A DNA stretch of 64,000 bases from an uncultured Candidatus Micrarchaeota archaeon (GCA_963714085.1 OY970229.1:1216001-1280000); one strand, 5' to 3'; counted from the first letter of the stretch, positions 31,299 through 40,713 are shown. Numbers and translations are program-made. Notes: generated from the sequence alone by a model not told the origin.

Positions 31299-32396
31299 AT
31301 GGCATTCCTAGACGTTCTCTACCAGGACTGGCGTACCATCGCCGTGCTCGCCGCCGCAGGCTCGGTGCTCATCTCCATAGCCGTCATCATGCTCGCCCGC
31401 CTCTTCGACATGAAGAGCCTGGAGCAGGCCGCGAAGGCGGAGTTCGTCTATGCGGCGTCCACGGTGTTCATAGTGCTCTTCGTGGTGGGCATGATCGGGT
31501 TCGGCGACACGGTGCTCAAAAGCATCCTGGTGCAGATGTACATCAACACCATAACCGCCTGCCCGCCCGCCCAGGCCGCGGTCGCCGGCTCGCCCTGCAA
31601 CCAGCTCCAGGAGGCCGCGCCGACGCTCCAGGTCAACGTGGACACGCTGCCCGACATGATGACGCTGTACATGGACGGCCCGGCCAAATGCAGCCAGCAG
31701 TTCCTGGACTACATGTACTACGCGGCGATCCCGATAGACGCCTGCTCCTCGGTGTACATGGAAGTGTACATGTCCGAGCAGCTCACATGCTGGGGCCTCA
31801 AATGGGCGTCCGAGCGCATCACCAACGGGGTCCAGATACTCACGTTCTACATGTTCGCCTACTACCTCATCGGCCACGCGATGCAGTTCGTCAAGTACTA
31901 CGCGGGCTTCTTCTTCTCCCTGGGCGTGGCCCTGCGCGCGTTCCCGCCCAGTCGTGGCGGCGGCGCCTATCTCATGGCGCTGGCGGTCGGATTGTACTTC
32001 GTGCTGCCCTTCAGCTACGTGCTGATATCCAGCATGGCCATGTCCTACACGCAGTCCAACTTCTTCGCGGCGACCGGCACGACCCAGACCCCGACCGGCT
32101 CGACCATACAGTACGCGTGCAACACGCCCGCCATCGGCGACGTGACCGGCCTGGGCTGCGGCACCGGCTCCATGGCCAAGCAGGGGGAGCTCATGGGCTG
32201 GCTCACGGCGAGCAAGACCAACATCACGGACTTCTTCACCTTCCAGCTGCCCGCGCTCACGCAGCAGATGGCCTCGGTGATGTGCATATTCCCGTTCATA
32301 GCGTTCGCCATCTTCTTCACCTTCGTGCTCAACACCACGAGCCTTTTCGGAGGCAACATACCCGAGATAGGGCGCGGCCTCGTGAAACTCATCTGA
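31299..32396 (+). CDS. Polytopic membrane protein, array member 6
   Basis: IMLARLF...AAKAEF; SLGVALRAFPPSRGGGAYLMALAVGLYFVLP; C-terminus GGNIPEIGRGLVKLI. Confidence 0.7.
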   Translation: MAFLDVLYQDWRTIAVLAAAGSVLISIAVIMLARLFDMKSLEQAAKAEFVYAASTVFIVLFVVGMIGFGDTVLKSILVQMYINTITACPPAQAAVAGSPCNQLQEAAPTLQVNVDTLPDMMTLYMDGPAKCSQQFLDYMYYAAIPIDACSSVYMEVYMSEQLTCWGLKWASERITNGVQILTFYMFAYYLIGHAMQFVKYYAGFFFSLGVALRAFPPSRGGGAYLMALAVGLYFVLPFSYVLISSMAMSYTQSNFFAATGTTQTPTGSTIQYACNTPAIGDVTGLGCGTGSMAKQGELMGWLTASKTNITDFFTFQLPALTQQMASVMCIFPFIAFAIFFTFVLNTTSLFGGNIPEIGRGLVKLI

Positions 32397-32445
32397 GCCG
32401 CCCAAAACGCAATCTTTATATCCTGCATCCCCCCATCCCCTGTTC

Positions 32446-33024
32446 ATGCCGACCACCAGGTTCGTAATCGACACGTCCCTTTTCGTGAACCCATACGCCA
32501 GGGGGAAGTTCGGCAAGGACCCGCCCTCGGCGGTCACCGGCTTCATCAGGATGGCGAAGAAGGTGGACGCCCAGTTCTACATGCCCCCCTCGGTGTTCAA
32601 CGAGCTCAAGAACTTCATAGGCGCGAAATCGGACGACCTGGCGCTGCACGTGAAGAAGCGCGCCCCCAACACGTTCGCGCTCCCGCTCCCGGCGGCGGTG
32701 TTCTACGACTTCATAGACGACGTCCGCTCGCGGGTGAACAAGGGGCTGAGGCTCGCGGAGGACTTCGCGAAAGACAACCATCCGGACAACGACGCCAAGC
32801 TCGGGAAGCTGCGGGAGAAGTACCGCGAGAGCATGCGGACCGGCATAATAGACAGCAAGGAGGACCTGGAGCTCGTGCTCCTGGCCAAGGAGCTGGAGGC
32901 CACGCTGGTGACATCCGACGAGGGGGTCATCAAGTTCGCGAACAAGATAGGGTGCGAGTGCCTCGAGGGCGACAAGTTCCACGGATTATTGAAGACGCTC
33001 GCCAAGAAGAGAGCTAATCAGTGA
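32446..33024 (+). CDS. HARP, RNA-free RNase P ('RNA ligase partner', PIN_5 domain)
   Basis: FVIDTS, YMPPSV..EL, R.RVNKGLRLAE, LREKYR...R.GIIDS.ED, LAKEL...VTSDEG. Confidence 0.9.
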   Translation: MPTTRFVIDTSLFVNPYARGKFGKDPPSAVTGFIRMAKKVDAQFYMPPSVFNELKNFIGAKSDDLALHVKKRAPNTFALPLPAAVFYDFIDDVRSRVNKGLRLAEDFAKDNHPDNDAKLGKLREKYRESMRTGIIDSKEDLELVLLAKELEATLVTSDEGVIKFANKIGCECLEGDKFHGLLKTLAKKRANQ

Positions 33025-34084
33025 CCGACTTTCCGCCCAGCGCGTCGTGCAATGTTTTCGTGGTCTTCTTGTATATCTTCCTGAAGCGGATGCGCTTCCC
33101 GCCTTTTTCGTCCCGGTTGGAGATTATGTCGAGCTTCACCTCCTTGGACATATGGCGGTGTATCGTCTCCCAGGTCCCCGGGTCCCTGACGAATATCTCG
33201 AACTCCGCCTCGGATTCGCGGCCGGCCTCGACCTTCTCCAGGGCCCCCGTGAGGCCGGAATAGAACGCCTCCCCCAGGCGCTTCGCGTATTCCCCCCTGT
33301 CCAGGCCGAACTCCCTGATGAACATGCCCGAGCGGAACACCCGCTGCAAATAGAACCCCAAAGGCATGTCGAATAGCAATGGCGAGCCCTTCTCTATGTC
33401 CTCTATGTCAGCGTTCGGGGTCACGAACTTCACCGCGGCCTTCCTGTCCGGGGTCTTTATCACCATGCCCTCCTTCTTCGCCTTGTTGAGCGAGAGCGCG
33501 AGATTGCGGATCTTGTTGATGTCAGCGACCCTGTATCTGCCCAGCGCAGGTACGCTCTGGATGCCGTATCTCTTCAGGATCGCGTAGCGCTCCCCGCACG
33601 GGAGGTAGACGCCGCTGCCGTCGTCTATGTCGAATACGAAGAGCTTCACGTCGAATCTGTCCGTCGGTTCGGTGTACGGCGTGTTGCCGATCATCTCCCC
33701 GCATAGTATGCCTTCCGGGTAATCCTTGAAGAACCGCTCCAACCCCAGGTCCCGCGCCTTCTCGGTCGAGAAGGCATCGATATAGCCGCCCCTGGAGAAC
33801 GCGAAGATCCTCCCCTCCACCTTCGCGACGCGCAGGTTGAAGCCGTCTATCTTCTCCTCTATGTAGACCTCTCCGCTTTCGATATTGCGGCCCAGCCCCT
33901 TTTCCAGCGTGAATATCCTGGGGATGTGCTCGTAGCCCGGGATGACCCTGCTTTTGGTGACCACGGTGCCGCGCATGATCCTGCGGTCGGTGTCCCGGAA
34001 GCGCACGTACTCTATGTCCTCCTTGAGCTTCTCCGCCCTGCCCCTTTTTATGGCATCGAGGACCTGCTGCCTGGTGGGTTGCAT
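33014..34084 (-). CDS. ATP-dependent RNA ligase, archaeal Rnl3 (Pab1020) family
   Basis: Motif I EEKIDGFNLR, SRGG, LCGEM, FVFDI, EGMVIK, K.VT. Confidence 0.9.
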   Translation of the reverse strand: MQPTRQQVLDAIKRGRAEKLKEDIEYVRFRDTDRRIMRGTVVTKSRVIPGYEHIPRIFTLEKGLGRNIESGEVYIEEKIDGFNLRVAKVEGRIFAFSRGGYIDAFSTEKARDLGLERFFKDYPEGILCGEMIGNTPYTEPTDRFDVKLFVFDIDDGSGVYLPCGERYAILKRYGIQSVPALGRYRVADINKIRNLALSLNKAKKEGMVIKTPDRKAAVKFVTPNADIEDIEKGSPLLFDMPLGFYLQRVFRSGMFIREFGLDRGEYAKRLGEAFYSGLTGALEKVEAGRESEAEFEIFVRDPGTWETIHRHMSKEVKLDIISNRDEKGGKRIRFRKIYKKTTKTLHDALGGKSVTD

Positions 34085-34085
34085 C

Positions 34086-34262
34086 TCACTCCTCCAGCTC
34101 CTTGAGCTTCGCCTTGGCCCTGCCCTTGAGCACGCCGTCGATCATGACCTCGACGCGCTTCCCCTTCGGGTAGACCCAGAGCTTGTAGAATCCCTTGTGC
34201 GTCTTCACGAGCAGCTCCACCAGGCCGTCGCTCCTCTCCTCCACATAGGCCTTGAACCACAT
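34086..34262 (-). CDS. 58-aa hypothetical protein upstream of the RNA ligase
   Basis: Manual translation MWFKAYVEERSDGLVELLVKTHKGFYKLWVYPKGKRVEVMIDGVLKGRAKAKLKELEE; stop is 1 nt before the ligase ATG; host-like codons. Confidence 0.6.
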   Translation of the reverse strand: MWFKAYVEERSDGLVELLVKTHKGFYKLWVYPKGKRVEVMIDGVLKGRAKAKLKELEE

Positions 34263-34299
34263 GTGCTGGCTATCCGAGAGAATATTTTAATACGTGCGG

Positions 34300-34428
34300 C
34301 TATTCTTGTTTTTTCAATTTGAAGAATTTGATCGCACAGTCGAAGCACATGTCGGCATAGCCCCTCGCGCCGCCGGTGAGGAGCTTCCTCGTGTCGGCTT
34401 CCTCGTTGCATAGGAAACATTTTGCCAT
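34300..34428 (-). CDS. 42-aa CxxC...CxxC zinc-finger microprotein
   Basis: Manual translation MAKCFLCNEEADTRKLLTGGARGYADMCFDCAIKFFKLKKQE. Confidence 0.55.
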   Translation of the reverse strand: MAKCFLCNEEADTRKLLTGGARGYADMCFDCAIKFFKLKKQE

Positions 34429-34480
34429 GCCCTTACTTCCGGGCTAAGATTCTTACGCATTTCCTTTCACATCGCTGTCC

Positions 34481-34936
34481 ATGAAGACCCTGATAATCTG
34501 CATGTCCGTGCACCATGGGAACACGAAGAAAGTGGCAGACCGCATGGCCAGCGTCCTGGACGCCGACGTCCTCACGCCCATGGACGTGGCCGACGCGGCG
34601 CTCAAGAAGTACGACCTCGTCGGGTTCGGCTCTGGCATCTATTTCGGGAAGCACCACCGCTCGCTGTCCTCGTTCGTGGACAAGCTGCCCGACATGAAGG
34701 GGAAGAAGGCGTTCGTGTTCTCCACAAGCGGATGGGGGGATTTCTTCTTCAACCGGATGCTCTCGTCCGGCTTCCAGGATCAGCTCAGGAAGAAGGGGTT
34801 CATGGTCCTGGGTAACTTCGCCTGCCCTGGCTGGGACACGTTCGGCATGTTCAGCTGGTTCGGCGGCCTGAGCAGGGGCAGGCCTGACGAGAAGGACCTG
34901 CTCAAGGCGGAAGAGTTCGCGAAAAAACTCAAATAA
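34481..34936 (+). CDS. Flavodoxin family protein
   Basis: S.HHGNTKKVA, YDLVGFGSGIYFG, FSTSG, GRPDEKD. Confidence 0.88.
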   Translation: MKTLIICMSVHHGNTKKVADRMASVLDADVLTPMDVADAALKKYDLVGFGSGIYFGKHHRSLSSFVDKLPDMKGKKAFVFSTSGWGDFFFNRMLSSGFQDQLRKKGFMVLGNFACPGWDTFGMFSWFGGLSRGRPDEKDLLKAEEFAKKLK

Positions 34937-34938
34937 GC

Positions 34939-35442
34939 TCATTTCTTGCCGAAGCCGAGCCTGCCCAGCGCCCAATGCGCGGAGAGGGTCCAGACCGCGG
35001 ACACCAATATCGCCGAGAGCACGATCTGCACCAACAGTCCGGAGAAGAGGAGCATCACCAGCGCGACCAGCAGCCACACGGTGACGAAATAGACCGCGTT
35101 GGAGACCAGCAGGGCCGCCATGGCGTCCTGGAACCTGATCCCGTTCCGGCCGGCCGCGGCAGCAGCATCGAAGTTGTGCGCGAGCAGGTTGCCCAGGAAC
35201 ACGGAGTAGAACGCGCCCCTGCTCTTGTACTCCCCTATGACATGGTACACCTTGTACATCTTCGCGTTCTTCCTGAGCATGAAGAAGCAGACGCTGCAGA
35301 AGACCAATGCCGCGCATAAATAGTATACGAGGAGCTGGAACGGGCTGAAGCCCAGGCTCAGCCCCCACGCGACCGAAGGCGCGACCGTGAACGGGAAGTC
35401 CACAGCCATGAGCGCCAGGATGACGATTATCTCGATGATCAT
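34939..35442 (-). CDS. Hypothetical membrane protein
   Basis: Several hydrophobic helices; start at ATG 35442 (MIIEII). Confidence 0.6.
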   Translation of the reverse strand: MIIEIIVILALMAVDFPFTVAPSVAWGLSLGFSPFQLLVYYLCAALVFCSVCFFMLRKNAKMYKVYHVIGEYKSRGAFYSVFLGNLLAHNFDAAAAAGRNGIRFQDAMAALLVSNAVYFVTVWLLVALVMLLFSGLLVQIVLSAILVSAVWTLSAHWALGRLGFGKK

Positions 35443-35444
35443 GC

Positions 35445-35612
35445 TCACACCACCGGTTTCCTCACCGCGTACTTCGTGATCTCCAGCGAGCATGCGCCGT
35501 TCGTCCTGCAGAACCCCTCGCACATCTCGGCGTAGCCCCTCTCAGCGTAGCCGAAGCCGCACTCCTCGCACAGGTAGATGACCTTCCCCTCGTACATCTC
35601 CGTCCTTACCAC
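35445..35612 (-). CDS. 55-aa Cys-rich zinc-binding microprotein
   Basis: Manual translation MVRTEMYEGKVIYLCEECGFGYAERGYAEMCEGFCRTNGACSLEITKYAVRKPVV. Confidence 0.65.
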   Translation of the reverse strand: MVRTEMYEGKVIYLCEECGFGYAERGYAEMCEGFCRTNGACSLEITKYAVRKPVV

Positions 35613-35627
35613 GAAAGGCACTCTCGT

Positions 35628-36872
35628 CTAATGATTAAATCCTTTTGGTTCCGGCTTGTCCCCTTCCTTGAGCGCGCTGGCCACGAACTTGAAGATCCTG
35701 CTCAGCACCATGAACACGATTATCAGGACCACGATCACGACGAGGTACCAGTAGTCCATCGCCTGGTCCAGGAGGGTCTCGGTCTTCACGGTGAGGGTGA
35801 AGTCCTCGGTGTCCGTGAACGCCGTGCCCTGAGGGTCCTTGTAATTGAACATCAGGCCGGACAGCTGCTCCCCTGCGGTCGCGTCCTTGTCCACGACGAC
35901 GAGGTAGGTGAGGTTCACGGTCTGCCCTGGCATGAGCGACTCGACGTACCTCACCGTGCCGTCCGTGCTGAACGGGTAGATGGGCTGTATCCTCACCTGG
36001 ACGTCCTTGGCCTCCTCGCTGCCCGTGTTCGTCACCTGCACTGTGACCTGCTCGTTCTTGCCCGGGTTGACCACCGTGCCCGAGACCACGCGGGGCAGGA
36101 AGTCGGCCTGCTTCTTCACCGGCAGGTCGAATGTGAACGTCTGGCTCCCCGATGCGTTGTTCTCGCCCTCGTAATCGACATTGAGCGTCAGCTGGTAGTC
36201 CCCAGGGGTGGTGTTCTTGAGCGCCTCCACGTTGAACACCGCCGAGGTGCTCCCATGGGGCAGTATCTCCCCGAGTTCCTGCTGGCTGCCGGCCCACTTG
36301 ACTTCCACCCCGTCCTGGGCGGTCATCGCGGCCTGCGCCGACTCCACCCTTCCATTGCCGATGTTCTGGAAGGTCACCGTCACCGCTGCGTCATCCCCCG
36401 GGTAGACGTCCACTGGGTTCGAGCCGGTCACGGATGCCGTGAGCGACGGAGTCCCCAAGACCACGATGTTGAACGTGTTCGTGTTCGAGAACTTGTCGAA
36501 CTGCCACTGGTAGTTCGTGACGACCGTTATGGGGTAGGTGCCCTCCTGCGCAAGCGAGTCCACCGGGATGTCGAAGGAGACTGTCCCGTTGACGTCGTCG
36601 CCGTAGCAGATGGTGTCCAGGTACTTGGTGTCCATGCCCTGCACCGAGAGCGGATAGGATCCGATGATCTGCAGGTTTATCAGGTCCGCGCAGGTGGCCC
36701 ATTCCGTGTCTATGATATGCAGCGTGAGCGTGACCGTGTGCCCGGGCGCTGCCGGGTTCTCGCTCATCGTGTATGAGGTTATCTCGAGGTTAGGGTCTAT
36801 GGCCGCGAAGCTCGCGGCGCAGAGCGCCAATAGGAATACCAACACCAGTCCGTTTCTGAGAGGCCGCTTCAT
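35628..36872 (-). CDS. COG1361 S-layer-family/CARDB-like surface protein
   Basis: Signal peptide, three Ig-like repeats (PG..V...N.G), C-terminal TM anchor; directly downstream of the ABC genes. Confidence 0.8.
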   Translation of the reverse strand: MKRPLRNGLVLVFLLALCAASFAAIDPNLEITSYTMSENPAAPGHTVTLTLHIIDTEWATCADLINLQIIGSYPLSVQGMDTKYLDTICYGDDVNGTVSFDIPVDSLAQEGTYPITVVTNYQWQFDKFSNTNTFNIVVLGTPSLTASVTGSNPVDVYPGDDAAVTVTFQNIGNGRVESAQAAMTAQDGVEVKWAGSQQELGEILPHGSTSAVFNVEALKNTTPGDYQLTLNVDYEGENNASGSQTFTFDLPVKKQADFLPRVVSGTVVNPGKNEQVTVQVTNTGSEEAKDVQVRIQPIYPFSTDGTVRYVESLMPGQTVNLTYLVVVDKDATAGEQLSGLMFNYKDPQGTAFTDTEDFTLTVKTETLLDQAMDYWYLVVIVVLIIVFMVLSRIFKFVASALKEGDKPEPKGFNH

Positions 36873-36894
36873 GTCATCATCTCTACGTCAATGA

Positions 36895-38547
36895 TTATAT
36901 AAGTTCACGCTTGAACATCAGCACGCTGAGCGCCAGTATCCCCACTGCGAAACCACCGAGGAACAGGAGGTCAGGGACCACCATGCCGAGCGTGAAGCCC
37001 TTGATGATTATGCCCCTCAGGGCGTCCGACGCGTAGGTTATGGGCAGCACCTTGGTGAGCCCCTGGAGCACTTTCGGCATGGTCTCTATGGGGATGAAGA
37101 CCCCTGCAAGGAACATGCTTGGAAGGCTCACCAGCATGGCCAGGGCCATGTACTGCTCTTGGGTCTTGGCCATGACTGATAGTACCATTCCCATGCCCGT
37201 CGCGCCAGCCGCGTATATGGCTATGACCACTAGTATGTCCAGCAGGCTGCCTTTGACGAGGACCCCGAACACTAGCACAGAGACTGCGACTATGATGCAG
37301 GAACGGACGGTCTCGAAGATGCTGTAGAAGAGGACTGTCCCGGCTATTATGGTCGTGTTGGAGGTCGGCGTGAGGAAGACCCTGGTGAGCGAGCCGTCCT
37401 GCCGCTCGCCTGCTATCGCCCTGCCCATCCCCATGGCCGCGCCCTGGAACACTATGAGCGCGATTATGCTGGGTATCAGGAAATCCAATCCAGCCCTTCC
37501 GTTCCCGTACGGCTGTATTTGACTCAGCGTCACTGCGGTTGCCGATGTGTTGGAGGCGTAGTCCGCGATGTCCTGCGCCTCGGTCCCCGCGCTGCCTATT
37601 ATCCTCGCCGATAATTGCACCTCGCCCCTCTCCTGCTCCGCGTCCGCGTAGAGCGCCTGCGTGGACGCGAACACGCCGCCGCTGTCCCGCGCCACCGCGT
37701 CGGTGCTGCCCTGGAGGCCCTGCAGCTGCCCTATCTGGCCGAGCACCGCCTGCTGCGCGTCGCTCGCGGTCAGCAGGTCGTAGGTCGCGTCAGCCGAGGA
37801 CAGGTTGTGCTCGTAGTTGTAGACTATCACGTTCGGGTCGAAGAGGTAGCTCCCCAGGGAATTGAGCATGGTGAGCCTCGTGCCGGCGACCTGGCTGTCC
37901 GTCTGCGAGGTCGTGTACCTGTCGCTGATCATGCAGGCCTTCGCGCTCTCCAGCGCCTGCTCCTCGGCCCTGCCGTCCCCGGGGTTCACGATCGCGCCCG
38001 AAGATTCCAGCTGCCGGCTCATGCCCTGCGCCATCTGCGACAGCGCCGCCACCCGCGCTGCGGTGAGCTGGACCGACAGGCTCTGCACGGCAGCCTGGGT
38101 GGACGCCTCGGTTATCTGCGCTATCGTGGGATCGGATTCGTCCACTATGACCGATAAGGTGGCGGCGTGCCCGCTCTGGACATCGTCCCCGAAACCTTGC
38201 GGTATGATGAAAAGTATCTTGATCTGCCCGGATTCTATCAACGCCTTGCCCTCGTCCTGGCTGCCCACCTGGCGCGTTATCGAGAAGAGCTGGTCGGCGT
38301 AGAGCTGGGACTGCACCAGCTGGGAGTAGTGCGAGTTGTCGTAATCCGCGATGGCGGCCGGGATGTGCTCCGGGGTCTTGCCCGCGGTGTATCCGTAGAG
38401 CAGTATCATGATGAGCGGGAAGATGAGCAGGGACCTGAGCCTGAGCGGGTCAGAGCTTATCACCATCCAGTTCTTCTTCACTATGGCGTATATCTTCTTG
38501 AGGTCCAGGACCGTTTCGACCGAGTGGTTCCCGTTGTTCTCCGCCAT
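36895..38547 (-). CDS. ABC-2 type permease with a large extracellular helical insert
   Basis: N-terminal TM, AIADYDNS..S, C-terminal ER..GSL.R...TP, LAGVFIP.E.MP, P.TYA.DALR. Confidence 0.88.
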   Translation of the reverse strand: MAENNGNHSVETVLDLKKIYAIVKKNWMVISSDPLRLRSLLIFPLIMILLYGYTAGKTPEHIPAAIADYDNSHYSQLVQSQLYADQLFSITRQVGSQDEGKALIESGQIKILFIIPQGFGDDVQSGHAATLSVIVDESDPTIAQITEASTQAAVQSLSVQLTAARVAALSQMAQGMSRQLESSGAIVNPGDGRAEEQALESAKACMISDRYTTSQTDSQVAGTRLTMLNSLGSYLFDPNVIVYNYEHNLSSADATYDLLTASDAQQAVLGQIGQLQGLQGSTDAVARDSGGVFASTQALYADAEQERGEVQLSARIIGSAGTEAQDIADYASNTSATAVTLSQIQPYGNGRAGLDFLIPSIIALIVFQGAAMGMGRAIAGERQDGSLTRVFLTPTSNTTIIAGTVLFYSIFETVRSCIIVAVSVLVFGVLVKGSLLDILVVIAIYAAGATGMGMVLSVMAKTQEQYMALAMLVSLPSMFLAGVFIPIETMPKVLQGLTKVLPITYASDALRGIIIKGFTLGMVVPDLLFLGGFAVGILALSVLMFKRELI

Positions 38548-39506
38548 CAGTCCCTCACCTCCTTGTTCGTGAGGTTTATGAAGACCTCTTCCAGGGACGG
38601 TTCCTTGGCCCTCAGCTCCATCACGTCGACTTTCCTTTTCGATAGCAATCCTGATACCTGGTGGAGCACTCCGCCTTCCACCGTCGGCACGGTCAGCTGT
38701 ATGACGCCGTCGTCCACCGAGACGGAGGTGGCGTGCACCAGGGTCTTGAGCTCCGCGAGAAGCCGGTCGTCATGGTTTTTGAGCTCGAGCTCTATCCTGT
38801 GCCCGTTGCCGTACTTGTCCTTCAGCTCGTCGGGGCTGCCCTCCGCCTTTATCTCCCCCCTGTCCATGATGACCAGCCTCTGGCACAGCTTGTCCGCCTC
38901 CTCCATGTCATGGGTCGTATAGACTATGGTGATTCCGGATCGGTTGAGCTTCTGGGTCAGTTCCCTTATCGCTATCCGGCTCTGGGGGTCCAGGCCGGTG
39001 GTCGGCTCGTCCATGTAGAGTATCTCAGGTGTGTGGAGGATCCCGGCGGCTATGGAGAGGCGCTGCTTCATTCCTCCTGAGAAGCCCCCGGCCGGCACGT
39101 CTTTCTGCTTGAGGAGCCCGACGGTCTGGAGCAGCTCCTCGCTCTTGCGCCGGAGATGCTCCTTTTCCATGCCGTAGAGCTCCCCGATGTACCAGAGGTT
39201 CTCCATGGCGGTCAGCTCGTCGAACAGCGCGAACTCCTGCGGGACCACGCCGATCCTCGCCCGGACCATGGGCGCCTCTTTCTTTATGTCGTAGCCCGCG
39301 ACAGTCGCGTCTCCGCTTGTCGGAGATAAAAGGGTGGTGAGCATCTTCATGGTGGTCGTCTTACCCGCGCCGTTGGGGCCCAGGAAGCCGAACAGCTCGC
39401 CCTTCTTTATAGTGAGGTTGAGGCAGTCGACCGCGGTCAGGGTGCCGAACTTCCTAGTCAGGTTCTTGCACTCTATCGCATATTCAGTAGAGGTGGTGGA
39501 TTGCAC
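38547..39506 (-). CDS. ABC transporter ATP-binding protein (DrrA-like)
   Basis: GPNGAGKTT, FSGGMKQR, MDEPTTGLDP, TTHDMEEA. Confidence 0.95.
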   Translation of the reverse strand: MQSTTSTEYAIECKNLTRKFGTLTAVDCLNLTIKKGELFGFLGPNGAGKTTTMKMLTTLLSPTSGDATVAGYDIKKEAPMVRARIGVVPQEFALFDELTAMENLWYIGELYGMEKEHLRRKSEELLQTVGLLKQKDVPAGGFSGGMKQRLSIAAGILHTPEILYMDEPTTGLDPQSRIAIRELTQKLNRSGITIVYTTHDMEEADKLCQRLVIMDRGEIKAEGSPDELKDKYGNGHRIELELKNHDDRLLAELKTLVHATSVSVDDGVIQLTVPTVEGGVLHQVSGLLSKRKVDVMELRAKEPSLEEVFINLTNKEVRD

Positions 39507-39592
39507 GGTTATTGCTTAGACGAAGGAATTTATATGCTTATTGCAGAGCCGCCACTGCAAGGTATATATCGCCTCGCTTGCATAGAAATCGC

Positions 39593-40180
39593 ATGAAATC
39601 GCCTTCACTTTACGTCCTGCTCGGGATGATAGCCCTGCTCATAGCCGAGCTCGCTCTTAGCGGCTTCAAGCCTGTGGAAGCCGTGGCCGCTTCATTGCCG
39701 GTTTTCGTGCTCCTTGCCGAGATTGCACTGCCTTTCCTGCTGCTCGCCGTGGTGCTCAGAGGGAAGATACCCCTCATAGACGTGATCGCAGAGGATGGGC
39801 AGATGCTCGCGTTCCTGGTCGCAGCGACCGCCATGCTCGGCAGCCTCTTCTACCAGTTCGGCATGGGGCTCGTCCCCTGCGAGCTCTGCTGGTTCCAGAG
39901 GATATGCATGTACCCGCTGGTGTTCGTCATCGGGGTGTCGCTCTGGAGAAAGCAGCCAGATGCCTTCTACTATGCGATCCCGCTCTGCTTGATAGGCGCT
40001 GCGGTCTCCATATATCAATATTACTCGCAGATGTTCTCAGTTGTCCTGAGCTGCTCCGGCGGGACGGACTGCAGCCAGATCCAGGCCATGGCGTTCGGAT
40101 ACATGACCATCCCGCTCATGGCGCTGACCGCATTCCTTTCGATAACGCTGCTGCTTTACCTGAGGAAATGGAAGAAGTAG
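39593..40180 (+). CDS. dsbB: Disulfide bond formation protein B (DsbB/BdbC)
   Basis: PCELCWFQRICMYP, second Cys pair, FGYMTIP. Confidence 0.88.
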   Translation: MKSPSLYVLLGMIALLIAELALSGFKPVEAVAASLPVFVLLAEIALPFLLLAVVLRGKIPLIDVIAEDGQMLAFLVAATAMLGSLFYQFGMGLVPCELCWFQRICMYPLVFVIGVSLWRKQPDAFYYAIPLCLIGAAVSIYQYYSQMFSVVLSCSGGTDCSQIQAMAFGYMTIPLMALTAFLSITLLLYLRKWKK

Positions 40181-40182
40181 GC

Positions 40183-40713
40183 TCACTTGTAGATTCTCTC
40201 CCCGGCGCGGATCTGGACCGCCAGGGTGTTCTCTTCGGGCGGGTACGGGCACATGTACCCTTCCACGTAGGCGCAGTAGGGATTGTAAGCCCGGTTGAAG
40301 TCCAGCCAGTACTCGTCCGTGGGCTCGGCCTCGAGGTCCAGATAGCGGCCGTTGGCATAGCTCTCCTTCCCTGAGGTCTTGTCCTTGAACGGGACGAAAT
40401 AGCCCTCGGAATGAGCGCCGTGGACCGAGCGGTAGGCCTGGAGCACCAGGTTCTTTCCTCCCAGCTTGAATTCGAAGCGGCCCTCCCTGAAATACGCCAC
40501 CTTTATCCCCCTGCTTGTGGCGATGGACAACTGCTCCGGATCCGGGTAAGCGACGAACCGCGCCTTGACGCGGTACTTGGCGTCATAAGGGAAATACTTC
40601 AGTCCCTTGAATTCCACCTTTATCTGCTGGTTGAAGGGCGATTCCGCTCCGTCGCGGTAGAACTCGTCCTTCTTCTTCCTGAAATCCAGGACTTCGGCTT
40701 CGTTCCCGTCCAT
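40183..40713 (-). CDS. DUF1684 family protein
   Basis: GLKYFPYD..YRV, PFKDKTSGKESY..GRYL, LDFNRAYNPYCAY...CP.PP.EN.L...IRAGE. Confidence 0.9.
   Translation of the reverse strand: MDGNEAEVLDFRKKKDEFYRDGAESPFNQQIKVEFKGLKYFPYDAKYRVKARFVAYPDPEQLSIATSRGIKVAYFREGRFEFKLGGKNLVLQAYRSVHGAHSEGYFVPFKDKTSGKESYANGRYLDLEAEPTDEYWLDFNRAYNPYCAYVEGYMCPYPPEENTLAVQIRAGERIYK

Noticed and set aside
29225..32467. 1080-aa alternative-frame ORF over array members 4-6, plus similar long shadow ORFs (24808-26154, 26552-27613, 27655-28980, 27710-29221, 31308-32546)
   Set aside because: R/H/G/P-rich, motif-free translations expected from high GC3 codon bias in the real genes.
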